From the human T2T-CHM13v2.0 reference genome, Homo sapiens: DNA of 64,000 bases. The position numbers and the translations under genes were made by a program. The stretch is taken from the NCBI RefSeq assembly GCF_009914755.1, contig NC_060929.1; one strand, 5' to 3'. The notes below the pieces were generated by a model. That model saw only the letters and a list, made by a program, of their open reading frames with translations. It did no database searches and was not told the origin of the DNA. Below, in pieces: positions 13,082 through 36,149 of this stretch (the first letter of the stretch is position 1; every line of letters begins with the position of its first letter).

Positions 13082-13160
13082 TTGTCAATGTCTAGAGAAG
13101 TCTGGGCAGCTGTCCCACTGTCACTCTTGGTCTTGGCCTCTTTTTGTCTCCGAGTCAATA
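13082..13160 (-). CDS. UIMC1: RAP80 exon 11 (79 nt): (V)LTRRQKEAKTKSDSGTAAQTSLDID(K)
   Basis: AAG| acceptor 13161-13162; CAA|GTAAGT donor 13080-13081; phase 1 to 2 in frame. Confidence 0.95.
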
Positions 13161-13946
13161 CTTTTAATATAAAAAATATATATATATACACATAGTTAGC
13201 TGCCAGTAGACTCTGAATATAAAAGACAAAATGCACAGGAAGAAGCAAAGTTTAAAACCTTATCCCACTGGAAGAAGTGCATTGTTTGGGAAGTCTCAAT
13301 CTTTCTAGAATTGAGAATAGCGATTGTAACATTTGCACCAAAACAAATGTTTTGACAATATTCTGTCCGCCACAAGATATTCCGCTGTATGCTAAGCCAT
13401 GAGATCTAAAGATCTACTCCACACCAAGAAAAGGTTTTTGTGTACTATCCCAGCTTGCAGCACTCAAGGGAGGGATTTACACTTTCCCAAGCAAAATTCT
13501 ATCTGGTATGACACACACTCAAGTGAGGTCCTCTATGAAATATAGTAATGATAGCCATCCGAGTGCCTACATGAGCTCCAATCTTTACAAAACTCTGAAA
13601 AGTTCTGCAGTGAGAAAACTGTGGCTCAGAACAGTTAATACAACCAGTCTTTCCTCACTACACTAATACCACCTCCCAATTCTAGTGGGTATAAATGGCT
13701 TTAGCCCAAATGATACACAAATACGTTGTCTCTCACACCAAAAGACATCTGTTTATAAAATAGTCTCTTAAAGGATCTTGGAGGTTATTTAATCAAGTGT
13801 TTTCCAGCTCATTCCTTGCATAACAAGAAAAACTACAACAATTTCACTTCAAACTCTGCCTTCTTTCCTCCTAACACCTGAAATCCCCACAACAGATAAT
13901 TTAGCAGGGTTACGAGTAACTTAGGTTGTGAAGCATTTATCTAGTC

Positions 13947-14166
13947 CAGGGGTCAGCAAACTTTATCTGTGGAGACAGCGAGTAAATATTTTAGTCTTGG
14001 TAGGACATATGGTCTCTGTCACAACTACTCAACTCTGCACTGTTAGCAGGAAAGCAGTCACAGGCTATACATAAACAAATGAGTATGTTCCAATAAAACT
14101 TTATCTACAATAACAGGTATCTGGTTAGATTTGACCCATGGCTGGCCACCGTTTGCCTAACCTTCT
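13947..14166 (+). mobile_element. MER58A-like hAT-Charlie DNA transposon
   Basis: CAGGGGTCAGCAAACTTT...GTCTCTGTCACAACTACTCAACTCTG...CCAATAAAACTTTAT...GTTTGCC, with terminal inverted repeats. Confidence 0.85.
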
Positions 14167-14237
14167 AGATCAACCTCCTACTCATATGAAAATGCCTTCT
14201 ATAAACATCCCTGACAAGTAATGATACAGTCTTGACT

Positions 14238-14738
<501 letters not shown>

Positions 14739-15467
14739 AACTTGGCTGTATCTTTTCACTGAGGGAAATTCACTTCCCCCTAGGGAAATCCATTCTAATT
14801 GCAATCTGCCTCAATCTGCATTTACTGGGGACTATATGAATACATTTACCCACCTTTCCACAAGTCACCTCTTTGAACACTTAACAAGCTGCATTACAAC
14901 ATCTTGGATTTACTCAGTTTTCTGCCCCACTAAAATGCAACCATCATCAAAGGAAGAACTATACCTAGTTACTATGGCTATTCTATTAAGATTTGGATTG
15001 ACAAATCTTCGAGTGCCTAGGTTAGCTCTAATCCTTATGATGACCCTCCAGATTGGTATTATTACTTTTCCCCAGTTTTAATGGTATGGAAATAAACTAA
15101 GAGGAATTGACTTCACCATGCTATCAAAACTACTAAATAGTAAAACCCAGGATAGAATCTAGATCTGATTCCTATACTTATGTTTTACCTTCCTAATTAA
15201 CCTCTTTTAGATATACAATCCAATTTGTCAGTTTTCCTTAATATGTGTAGCACCCCAAACAGAATCCAATATTCAACAAACAATCCAACTAGTAAAAAGA
15301 ACAGAAGAACCATGGGCTACCCCATGTGGACTCATACTCTACTGATTCAGTCAAGGCTGTGTTTGCTTTATTGACAATCCTGGTATACTACTGGCTCAAA
15401 CTGAACTTAAAGGAAATTAAGATCCATCCCCTACCCTCCCAAATTATCTTCAAATAAAATGTTATCA

Positions 15468-15754
<287 letters not shown>

Positions 15755-15877
15755 ATACCATACCATACCATACCATAGCATACCATACCATACACCATAC
15801 CATACCATACACCATACCATACCATACCATACCATACCATACCATACCACACCACACCACACCATACCATACCATAC
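15755..15877. repeat. (CCATA)n/(CCACA)n pentanucleotide microsatellite in an Alu tail
   Basis: ~120 bp of ATACC units with CA insertions and a short ACACC block. Confidence 0.97.
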
Positions 15878-17233
15878 AATGTTACCAAGACAAGTCTCTT
15901 AATTCTGTACTTTGGTAACTAAGTTGCTGGGTATTTTTTTTTTCTCCCCTTAAATGCAGGATTTTGTATTTGTTCCTGTTCTTTTCAGCTGAACACTCCT
16001 ATTTGTTGAGATCATCTGCAGTCTTAACTGTCATCTGATGTTATTAGCTCTCCTTCTCAGCTATGTGTCCTCTGCATATATGACAACCATACTTTCTACA
16101 TCTTTATCCAAGTCACTAGGGAAAAATGGTTGTAAAGGATATGGCCAAGGACAAAACTGTGACATGTTACCAGAGAAGCCTGTCTTCTCTCTGGTCCAAC
16201 TTTCCTTTAAATAATTAAGCAAACACTTATTGACAATCTTCAATGTGCAAGTAATTTGGGGAGATATAGGAAATTATGAGGCACTGTCCTTGCTCTTAAG
16301 GAGAGTGCAGTTTACTAATGGAGACAGCATACACACTCAAATAACTACAACCCAAGGTGTAAAGAGATATGCGTAATAAAACAAGATCACACACAAGCAA
16401 CTAGTAATAGTGTTTGCCTCTGCGGAGGATGACAGGAATACTTGAAGACTGGAAGAGGAAGGAGGCATACTTTTCATGGTATACTTTTCTGTAAATCAAA
16501 TTAAAAACTAGAAGCGGGGAATCAGATTATATAGTCAGGCACAGATTAAATGATCTAAGGTTCCTTCCAATGCAGAGATTTTATAAGTAAAATTAAAGTA
16601 CTGCAGGAGAAAAACATCCAGGACAGAACCAGCCTCAAATCCACCTCCTATTCTATCAACCAGCCCATACTTCTCTATCTTATGTACGAGGACTTCATGA
16701 GAGATTTTATCAAGTGCCTTGCTAAAATCCATTCTTAAAAGGCTGGCACCTCAAAGATTACAGAATCCTTTAGGAGTTCTATTTTTTATTTTTCTTTCTC
16801 TACTTGTCCCCCATCTTGACTATCACGTATTTTTCCAAAAGAAATACTTGGAAACCACTCCACAGATAGGGATGGAAAAAGAATTAATTGATTCTAGTAC
16901 TGTCCATATACCACTACTGCATTTACCACATTTCTGTTCCTATTCACTTATATGTCAGTCTTCCTTCTACACCATGCAACTTTCTGAATTCAGAGACTCT
17001 GGGTTTTATTTTGTTTCTTTTTTTTTTTTTTCTCTTCAGCATCCTCAGCAGAGTCTAGGACAGATTAAATGCTAATAAATACTTGCTGAATTAAACTGTA
17101 TCAATAGATTCCAGGGGAAAAAAGAGCTCTTGTTTTATGAGGACCTATTTTGTGCCAGAGACTTTATAAACATCTTTATCTTTACAACAACCCTACAAAG
17201 AATATATCATTATTTCTATTTTACAGTAAATAA

Positions 17234-17527
<294 letters not shown>

Positions 17528-19064
17528 TGTAAATGAAGTATTAAGTAACCTGATCAAGGTCACAAAGCAAAAAAAAAAAAAAAAAAAAAGCAAAAAGCAC
17601 AAGGAATGCAATACAAATCTGACTTTACAGAAGCATATGTTCTTCTACAAGAGCAGGCTGCCTCTCCTGGAAAATAAGAAGCTAAAGAATGGGAAGAGAA
17701 AAAGTGGTAAGTGGTAAATAAGTGGGCAGGTAGAAGAAAATTTGAAGGGAGAGACTTGATATTGATAGATGGTTAGGACTATACGGTAATTCTATTAAAT
17801 GTTATGATCACAATGGACTGGACTGGGGCTTGCCACTGTTTTTCCTTTGAAACCTACTGCCCCTACAAAAGAGCAGAGAAGTGTATGTAGGTTGCTCTGA
17901 AGGAGTACTTGTGGTTTATGAGGGTTGAGATAGCTATTTAAACTAGCTGCAGGCAGAGAATTCATTATGAAACATATATCCAAAAACCAAACTGCTGATG
18001 ACAGCAGCCACAGATTTCAAAAAGGAACAATGGGGTCTGAGTACAACTATCAGGGAAAGGTAGAAGAGAACAGGTATCACTGAAAGCTGAGAGAGACAAC
18101 ACTAAACATATGACCATTACCTCAGCTGCTTATATTCCACTGCATGGGAAATGCTTTAAGGAGTTGTACTTAGAACTGTGGCTTGGCACTGTTAAGATAC
18201 AAATAATCAGTATTGCCTTGTGGTGAAGGGCACTCACTGGCTTTAGAGTTGGACAATAGGTGTCCAGGTTGGGCCTCTACTAGCTGTGTGGCCTTAGGCA
18301 AGTTCTGTAACCTGAGTAACAATTTCCTAACCTGTTGAATGAGATAACTGCATTTAACCTTAATGAGTTTTGCTAACAATCATATCAGATACTGTAAGAG
18401 TATCCAGCCCACAGAAAGCACTCAGTAAACATTAGTTTTATTCACTATTTGTTTATATAATTTTCATTATTCTTCTTCCAGATTTATTTCTTAGCCTTAT
18501 CCAAAGACTTAAACCCATCCATGGAACCAGTGACCACTAGCTAGCCTACAATTTGGGTTAGATCTTAGTCTTAAGTGGTTTCCATACTAAATTTTACAAA
18601 CAAAATGGACAAATAAATAGCCTAGGCATTATAGAACAATTATCAATACTATATAAACATCAACATATTTGTTTCCAAAATTCAAAGAGGAGGAACAATC
18701 AACAATAAAAAACATATGGCCTAGTACTATAAATTGTAAAGACAATGATTCCTTGAGGAGACCAGAAATTATATATACAAAGAAGGGAGTTTTTACAGAA
18801 TGACAAGTGGTTAAAGTCTTCTCAGTTTGTCTCCCTCAACCTCAAAACCACCTCAGTAGAAAATAATGGGAAGCCACAGAGTTGTGTCTTTTCCTGCTAA
18901 GATCACCCCTCTTTCAGCCTAGCACTTCTTCAGTGGGATATAAGGAAAAGAAGGGAAGACGAGCTCCACCTGCACAGAGTGAGGCAGCCATGCTCACTGC
19001 CTCCCTACAACCAACGACCTCAGAGACCAGTCTCAATTAAAGGCTATTATTAGAACAAACTATT

Positions 19065-19378
<314 letters not shown>

Positions 19379-19396
19379 TTATCTATCAGTTTCTGA

Positions 19397-19875
<479 letters not shown>

Positions 19876-20859
19876 TCTTTCATGAGATTAACCAGGACCA
19901 ATCCTATTATGCCTCAATTCTGTCTACCTTGAGCACCAAAAGAAATCCAAGCCTCCTCTGGCATACCTCTTCAACTGGATTCTCATCCCCATTTGCCACC
20001 ATTCTTGGTGATTTCAATATCTACATATTAGACTGAACCATATGAAGTTGCAGTTTTTGTAACTTCAACCCAAGATATGATCCATCCAGTACTCCAGCCT
20101 CTCAGTTCCCTGACCTCTTGTTTATTAATTCCTATGGCTCCTACCATCTCAGCCTTTCTCCAGTGGGGTTCCAAGAGAGGAGTAAGCCTAATGCCCTAAG
20201 GCACCCACCAAATGTTATAAGTCAATTTCTGTCCCCTGCATCTAAAGTGGTACCAGCTATGTATCATAACTGGGAGAAGTAAGCAAACAATGAATTCATT
20301 TTCTGACTTCCATGGTTCTAATGAAGAACTCTAGCTGAGCCTATCATTAATGATGAGCTCAATTTCAGGTGTCCATTCTCTGTTCACCATCACCTATCTT
20401 TCCCAACTCACCCTCTCTAATGTTCTTACACCAATCACCCTTCAGCCCCACTAGGACATCTAATCCTATACTATCATCTTTTCACGATTACCCTGTCATA
20501 TCTTCGCATTCCTTCTTGCCTTAGTTTACATAGTTATCATATTAACACTCCCCTTGAATATTCCCTCAACTTCTTTCTACTGTACTTACTTGCGCAATCC
20601 GACTTTGGTTAAATACAGCCCTCCTACTTATTAGGTGTCCCTATCTGCTGAATGTGACAGGAACAAAAACACATACAACGTGCTGACTGGCCTCACTTTT
20701 TATTTAAGATCAAAATCTTAAGTGGTCCCTCACTACTGCTAGCAATCTTGACATATTTTCCTAGTCGGTTCATTCTTCCATCCTCCCAGGTACTATTTCA
20801 CATCTTCTCTGCTATTCTCAAAACTCTAATATCCATTCCGATTCCTGTATCACTATTCT

Positions 20860-22879
<2,020 letters not shown>

Positions 22880-22880
<1 letters not shown>

Positions 22881-24060
22881 AGACTTTTTTGATGAGAAAA
22901 AAGTAGTACTTGAGAGAACTTCTACACTCTTCCACCACCAAAAGTATTAGTCTATCTGCATCTGTACCCATATCCTCTGCCTTCCCTCCTATTGCACAGA
23001 ATGAATTGCCCACACGGCTATCTAAGGCTCACTTTTCCATTTGATCCTGAATCTGAACGCTTCTTGCTTAATTAAGGATTCCCCTCCTGCCATCATCTCT
23101 CCTGAAACATCAATTTTTCCCTCTTTTTTTAGATCATTCCATCAGCATACAAATATGCAGTAATATTTCCCATAAGGTTATTTCTAGACTTGTATATCCT
23201 GCTGTCTGCTCAACATCTTCATTTGGTTATTCACTGGGCATCTTAAAATTATGTACAAAACCAAATTCTTAATTTCTTCCTCCAAACCTGTTCCTGCCCC
23301 AGTGTTCCCGCTCTCAAACAACGAAGTCATCATTAACCCAGTTGCTTGGGGCAAAACCTTGATTTCACCTTAGTCTTTCTTGTTCTCTCACACTCCAATA
23401 AATCCTGTAGGTTCAACCTTCAAAACATTCCCAAATCTGACAACTTCTTTACCTCACAGCTACCTCTATGGTCAAAGCAAACATCAGATCTTCCCTGGAA
23501 TAATGCAACAGCCACTCCCCTCCACCCCTGCTTAGTCTCCTCAATTCCATTTTTGCCCCATCCCTCTATAGATTATTTTCCACATTGTAGCCAGAGTTAG
23601 ATTACATCATTCCCTCGTTCTCAACCCCCCTATGGCTTTTCATCATATTTGGAATGAAGTACAAAAACCTCACCTCACATGATCTGACCACTGTTTATTT
23701 CTTCTCTCCTTTCCCCCTGTCGCTCAATCTAATTCAGTCATTGTGTCTTTCCTGCAGCTCTAAGAAACATGCCAAACACACTCTTGCTTTAGGGCCTTTG
23801 TATTTATTCCCTGACCTAGAATGACTCTATTCAAATATCACCTCAAGAAGTCTCCCTTGATCTTTCTCTTTAATCGAGCCCCCTTTTTCCTCTGTTCTAG
23901 TCACTCTCCATCCCCTCTTCTTGCCTTGTTTTTCTTAAATTGTATTTATTATCTGTTTCCCTCACAAAAAGGTAAGCTTTATAAGAACACTGACTTGTGT
24001 TTAGTACTGTACCCTCAGCTTGCAGAACAGTATCTGCGTTATAGTTGCTGCTAAATAAAT
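22880..24060 (+). mobile_element. L2 LINE fragment
   Basis: Pyrimidine-rich L2-type motifs (TGCTCAACATCTTCATTTGG...CATCTTAAAATT; ATCCTGTAGGTTCAACCTTCAAAACAT); boundaries approximate. Confidence 0.65.
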
Positions 24061-24959
24061 ACCAACTGGGTTGTCAGTAAGGAAGTACAAGCAATAGTTA
24101 AACAACACAGTGATCTTCTGAATTACTCAGAGGGGCTTTCTAAGTTGAGTACCCTACAACTGGCTTAGCCAGAAACCTGAGTTAAGATTGCCTTCTCTCA
24201 TCTTGACCAGTCACAAGGTTTGCTTCTCTCACCAAAAGATTCTCAAGTCCGTCCACTTCTACTAACACTGCTTTATCATCTGTCTCTCTGCTTTTAGTCT
24301 CCTCCAAATTATGGTTAATATTTCAGAATACTGTATTTTCTTTCAGTCTTTATTTTGAATCCTTATATAATACTTCGTCTTGTTTTTGAACATTGGGTTA
24401 AGTTGTTCATTGTTATAAATAATGCTTTGATAAACCATCTTTGTCTATACAATTTCATCTAAATTCTGATGACGTTTTTAGAGTAGATTTTCAAACTTTA
24501 ATTCATGGGTCAGAAGATATGAATTACTTTTAAGTTCTACGTATATATTATCAAATTGCTTAAACAAAAATTTCAGCTGTTAAAGATTAAGCTATAAATA
24601 TTATAGACAAGTACTAGTAAGGAAGTAGATCAGTAAAAGTGCACCTCTTAAGAGAACAGGCTTATCTCTAAGCTTGAAAGAAAATCGCTACATTTTGAGT
24701 AGGCAGGGGGCCTCTGTGGCTTTTTTGCAGCAAAGAAGGCAGTCTGGCATTGCAGTACTGTCTTTGGAGTCTAACTGCCTTTGAATCCTATGCCAGAGCA
24801 GGTATTTATAGGCTTCAAGCCCCTAAGCCTTTGTTTGCTCATCTGTAAATGGACCCAGCAATGCTTATCTTTTTAGGGTTGTAAAGATTTCTATTTAGGA
24901 ACTACCAACATAATCACGTAAGATGTTTGAGTTAGAAGCTATGTCTATTAGAATAAGAT

Positions 24960-28620
<3,661 letters not shown>

Positions 28621-28852
28621 AAATAGAGAGGAAAAAAATAGGCCCTGAAACAAACAGGTCTAAGTCTCAGTTCCCACACTACCAATTACTAGCTTAATGA
28701 TTTTGAGCAAGTTACTTCTCCCTAAGGATGACAAAGCCTAACTTGTAAGGTTCCTGCAAAGATCAGGTAAAATAAGAGTTACTGCATAAGCGCATACTGA
28801 CTTGCAGAAAATAGTAGTAATAGCAGTCACTGTTATTATAAAGACCAGTAGT

Positions 28853-29916
<1,064 letters not shown>

Positions 29917-30440
29917 GCTTTTTTTATAAATAAACTTTTACTGCAACACAGCCGCCTGATTCATTTATAAATTGTCTATGGCTGCTTTAGTGCTTTAACA
30001 GCAGAGTTGAGTAGCAGTGGCAAAGACTTGAGTAGTTGCGACAGAGACCAAACGGCCTGCAAAGCCTAAAATATTTACTATTTGTTCCTTTCAGAAAAAG
30101 TTTGCTAGACTTTGCTTTTAAGAGTACATTTTCTGAGGGCCTACCTGCACAATACTATATTAGATACTATGGAGGGAATAAAAAGGACTATGACACAATA
30201 ACTGTTAACAATATTAAGCTTATGTGTAATTCAAGAATGATTCAATCTTTAAAAAGAACTTCTTGGGGTTTGACTCTTCTGTAAATTAAAAGAGCCCGAG
30301 ACATTAGCAACAAAAGCTTTTTGCAATGTGTAAAACTTGTTTGGATCCTGTTTTCAACAAACCAACTATAAACAAAAAAACAATTATTGGACTCAACGAG
30401 AGTTGAACAAACCAGATATTTGGTGGTATTAAAAATTATC

Positions 30441-31385
<945 letters not shown>

Positions 31386-33476
31386 TTATGGATAGAATAC
31401 ATATGAAACAACAGTGGCCACGAGTTGATGAATGACTAGGTAGAATATGGGGGTTCAGAGTACTACTATCCTCTCAATTTTTAAGTTTGAAATTTTTGGT
31501 AATTAAAAGTAAAACACACACACACAAAGTCCTTTTGCAAGACAAATACCAAAGATAAACTAGCCACTGTCTTTTGAAGAAAGTGGTATGAAAATCAGGT
31601 GACAAAGATAAGGATCTAGGAAAAAACCACAAGAGCCCTCCTTCTAAAGAATCATCAATGGCAGTCAAATCACACTGGATATTGTCATCAGAACCTAAAT
31701 AAAGATAATAGTAAGTAAGTTTCATATGGAGAAAAGACTGAATTTGTCTGAACTTCACTAGTAAATGTTTACCAAGGTTCTTCTGAAAACGTAATGGATG
31801 ACAGTGGTGCATAACAGAAACATACAATTCTTTAAAAGGTTTTATAATGTAATATGTACAAAAGAATATATATGTGAACCCATTACCCAACTTAGGAACT
31901 AGAATATTGCCAAAACTGATTAGCCAACTATATGCTTCTTCTGGATTCCATCTCTCTGCCTCCACCCCATCCCCCACCCCAGAGGTGGCCTTTATTCTCA
32001 AAATTATATTACCTTTATCTTCTTTTTATACAAACACACAGTTTTACCACAAATTATTAAAAAATATATTGACCACCATATTGGATTTAGTATCCTGAAA
32101 CATACTTTTTCAAAAAAATCTGAACATTCATGGAAGATTCTATAGAGCACAGATTACTAGCTTTTGAGTTAAACTTGGTGTACCCTAGCTCTTGTCACTT
32201 TCTAGGTACGTGATCTTGGGGAAATTATTTCCCCATCAAGTTCAGCTTCCTCTTTTATAAGTGAAATAACACCTGTTTCAAAAGACTGTTATGAGGATTA
32301 GAACAATATACAAAAAGCACTGTTACTGATATATAGCAGGTGCTCATAAATGGTAGCTAATGTTGCTTAATGTTAAGCATGGCTTATAAAGATGCGGCAA
32401 ATTAAATCCTTTTACTTAACAGAAAATATTATCTTGTTATCAAGCATTTCCTTTATATACGGCCGTTAGAAAACTCCTTAGAGATCAGTCTATGCATGGT
32501 CAATCTCCACAGCTATCACCAGAAAGAAGTAATGTTCATCTGATCTTTTTTTGACTTTGCACTCACAGGTTTACAGAGGCAACTATGTCACATGGACGCT
32601 GTTCACCAGCAAAGAGTCTAATCCATCAAACCATTTATTCTAGGTAATTGAAAATCTGACAAGGTCAATTCTGATGAGATGAGAATTCATGTTTGCACTC
32701 AGAGGTAAAAGACTATAGCATTCTGCTTTCCTGAAACCGACTGAGGCTTCCACGGTCTTCTCAAACATTCCCCTGTGTGTCCCAGCTCTACACATGGAAG
32801 GCAGAAAGAACACAGTAATGAATGCTAGCTCTGGGCCTTGGCTCTGCTGCTTACTGCCTGACAATGCAAGTGCTAAAGTTCTCTAATATTAATTTCATCA
32901 TCAGTAAAATGGAGATAACAAAAACTTATCCTTATATTAATAGATAATTATAGTCTTGATTGTGGCTCTAAGATAGTTCCAATGGAGATCACTGATCTAG
33001 TATTAATTTCTTGAACTTTTATCTTTCTCGAAATGCTCTAGATGCCTGAATTTAAAAGTGTGACTAGATCATGAAGTGAAGAACTTCTCTAAAATGGTTT
33101 TTGCTGTTAATATTCCTTTAACACATAATGCTTTGGGTATTAACTCAGGTGTTAAAAAGAGCTATTTTATTTTTCAAGGAAGGAATAAGCACATCTGGCA
33201 GAAGAAAACTGCTAAGAGAAATCCTGAGGTGGGGGGCTCCTTAGCATGAAGGTACAATGAATAGGGATAACTGAAGTGAAGGCAAAGTCAATATTAAGAG
33301 AGGAACAAGATGGGAAGTGTAAAAGCACTGAGAATTCATGCAGACGTACACTGCAGTCAGGCTGCCATTTCATATGCCACATCATACAGCAACTTTATCA
33401 ATGCAACCTAGTGGAGCTGACATGAGGAAATGTTCCACAGAAAAGTTGAACAAAAGTTGTTAGAAGACAACTGAAG

Positions 33477-33772
33477 GCCGGGTGCGGTGGCTCATGCCTG
33501 TAATCCCAGCACTTCAGGAGGCCAAGGCAGATGGATCACGAAGTCAGGAGTTCAAGACCAGCCTGGCCAAGATAGTGAAACCCCGCCTCTACTAAAAATA
33601 CAGGCGTGGTGGCACCTGCCTGTAATCCCAGCTACTTGGGAGGCTGAGGGAGAGAACTGCTTAAACCGAGGAGGCAGAGGTTGCAGTGAGCCGAGATCGC
33701 ACCAATGCACTCCAGCCTGGGCGACAGAGCGAGAATCCATCTCTAAAAAACAAACAAACAAACAAAAAAAGA
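33477..33772 (+). mobile_element. Alu SINE
   Basis: TSD AGAAGACAACTGA on both sides. Confidence 0.95.
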
Positions 33773-34269
33773 AGACAACTGAGACCACAGGGGTTGCAGA
33801 GAGGAGCTCCTACATTATTAATCCCAGAGGAGTAAAATGCATGCAGTGTAACGTAAGTCTGGGGTGGAAACACTGGTCTACAAGTTCATTCAGTAGCTAA
33901 GAGTATGTACGTCAGTACTGTGGGCATTCAAATAAGATAATGTCCTCTCCAGAAAACACTGAACAGTTCTAGGGTGAAGCCGACTAAAGAAGAATCTACT
34001 TTATAGCTGATAAGACCTAGTGCCCAGAATCTGTTCCAAAACATCCTTCCTTAAATGTCTTTGCATTTTGTTTTATAAGCTGCTCCTGTCACTTTGGTTT
34101 CCTCCGTCAAAAAATATTCCCACAGCAAGGAAAAAGAATTAAGTACATTTTGTATTATTTGTGAAAGTTAAAAACTATAAGCAATGTCATGAATATAAAT
34201 AATTTCAAACGGCATGTTAGATGACGTTTATGATGTAATACGGGGGGGCGGCAAATATAAAAACAGGAG

Positions 34270-34318
34270 ACAGATATAGATAGATAGACAGATAGACAGA
34301 CAGACAGACAGACAGACA
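34270..34318. repeat. (GATA)n/(GACA)n tetranucleotide microsatellite
   Basis: Direct reading. Confidence 0.9.
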
Positions 34319-35298
34319 AACATCAGCAGAATCCCAGATATGTATCAGCCGAATCCTAATACTGGGAGGGAAAGTGCTTGCTCTTGCAACCTACCAGAAA
34401 GAATAAATATAGCAAAATACATGTATTTCACTCGTTGGTTTCATTTCTATTACTTTTCTATTCAGTGGAAGAAGGTACCTTTTTAAATTCCCAGTTGCTC
34501 TGGAGATACATCCCAGTTCCTTTAAACCTAATACTTTGGGCATCCAGCCCCTGCTGACCCCCGGTGACCAGGCCGCACCTCCTCTTCATTCTATCTCTAG
34601 CTTCTTCATCCAGTCAGCAATAGCAATGCTTTTTTTTTTTTTTTTTTTTTTTACAGGAATGGAACAGCATGGAGGCAATGACTTCTTTATCCTTTCTACT
34701 TGCTGCCCACCCACCCTCTCAATTCCACATGGATTTGAATACTCTTTTCCCCACATCAGTGCCACTTCTGTTCACACCGATTAGACCTTTCTGCAGGATC
34801 AGCACTGCTTCTACTTCAAGAAATAAAAGCTTTGGCAGTGTTCACACAAGAAGGGGGCTGCTGGCCCAGGCTGCATAAATCTGGAAATTTTGTGAGAACT
34901 GACGGGTGAGTGAAACAAACCCTGGAAAGCACCTTCGAGGCAAAAAGTAAATCACTTATAAAGAACTTGTATAAACTATAAGAACAATACTGAGATCCCA
35001 ACAGACACTGAGGCAAACTTCAGAGAATTCTTCTTCGAAGAAGAAATATAAATTGACTTTTTAAAAAACAAAAAATGTCAACTTCACTACTAATCAAAGA
35101 AACATGAAGTACAATGAAATGCCATTGGTTACTATCTATTACTATGCCATATATTTTTTAAAAGAATATCCCTCAGTATTTGGAGGCAAAAGGAATGCTC
35201 TCATAAGCTACTGGTAACTTTATACATATAATCTAGTAATTACACTTTTAGTAATCCATATTAAAGAACTACATTACAAGGCTCATTGCTAGTTTAGA

Positions 35299-35606
35299 TT
35301 TTTTTTTTTTCTTTTTTTGAGACAGGGTCTTGCTCAGTCACTCAGGCTGGAGTGGAGTGGTGCAATCACAATCACAGCTCACTGTAGCCTCCAACTCCTG
35401 GGCTCAAGTGATCTTCCCACCTCAGCCTCCGAAGTAACTGGGACTACAGGCATGTACCACCACACAAAGCTAATTTTTTATTTTTTGCAGAGATAGTGTC
35501 TTCCTATGTTGCTCAGGCTGGTCTTGAACTCCTGGCTTTAACTGATCCTCCCACCTCAGCGTCCCAATGTGCTTGGATTACAGGTGTGAACTACCATGAC
35601 TGACCC
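35299..35606 (-). mobile_element. Alu SINE (AluJ-like)
   Basis: Reverse Alu with T-tail; diverged. Confidence 0.9.
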
Positions 35607-36149
35607 TAGATGTTTATCTTTAATAGAAAAAAAAATAGGTTAAAAAAAGTCATGCCCAATATTAGGGGAACAATTAAGCAAGAAGCCCTCCCTTACTCCA
35701 CCAATCACCAATCAGATTTAATACCTTCCTTTGTGGGTGGTTAGTGCTTACATCTTAGCATTTCGACTGAGTTGTACTATACATAGTCATACCCAAGTCT
35801 GTTTCCCTTGCTGGACTGTAAACTCTCTGAGTATAAATTTGAGATCCTATTCAGATCTGTATTATATCCCTTACCATCTTTTGGGTCTTTTAGGCCCCTC
35901 CTCCCTACCCTCAGCATCCAGCACAATATTTCACTAACAGCAGGATATGAAAAAATCTTAAGGTGAACCACTATAAAAAGCAATTAATCAATGACTTTAG
36001 AGATAAAATAATTTTATATAGAAAAAGACATATAAACACTTTAGAGGTATGAACAAACACTAAATTTAGAACTGCCTTAATTCAACCATAATTTAGAATA
36101 AGCTCAAATTCCATGAGAATGCAGGAATGAGTATTAGATCAAAGGAGTC

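Noticed and set aside
15755-15877. HSATII/III satellite or telomeric repeat
   Set aside because: Unit is CCATA, not CCATT or TTAGGG, and it lies inside an Alu TSD
31474-32001. Longest ORF (175 aa, minus)
   Set aside because: Non-ATG start, AT-rich composition, no recognisable domain or splice support; likely chance
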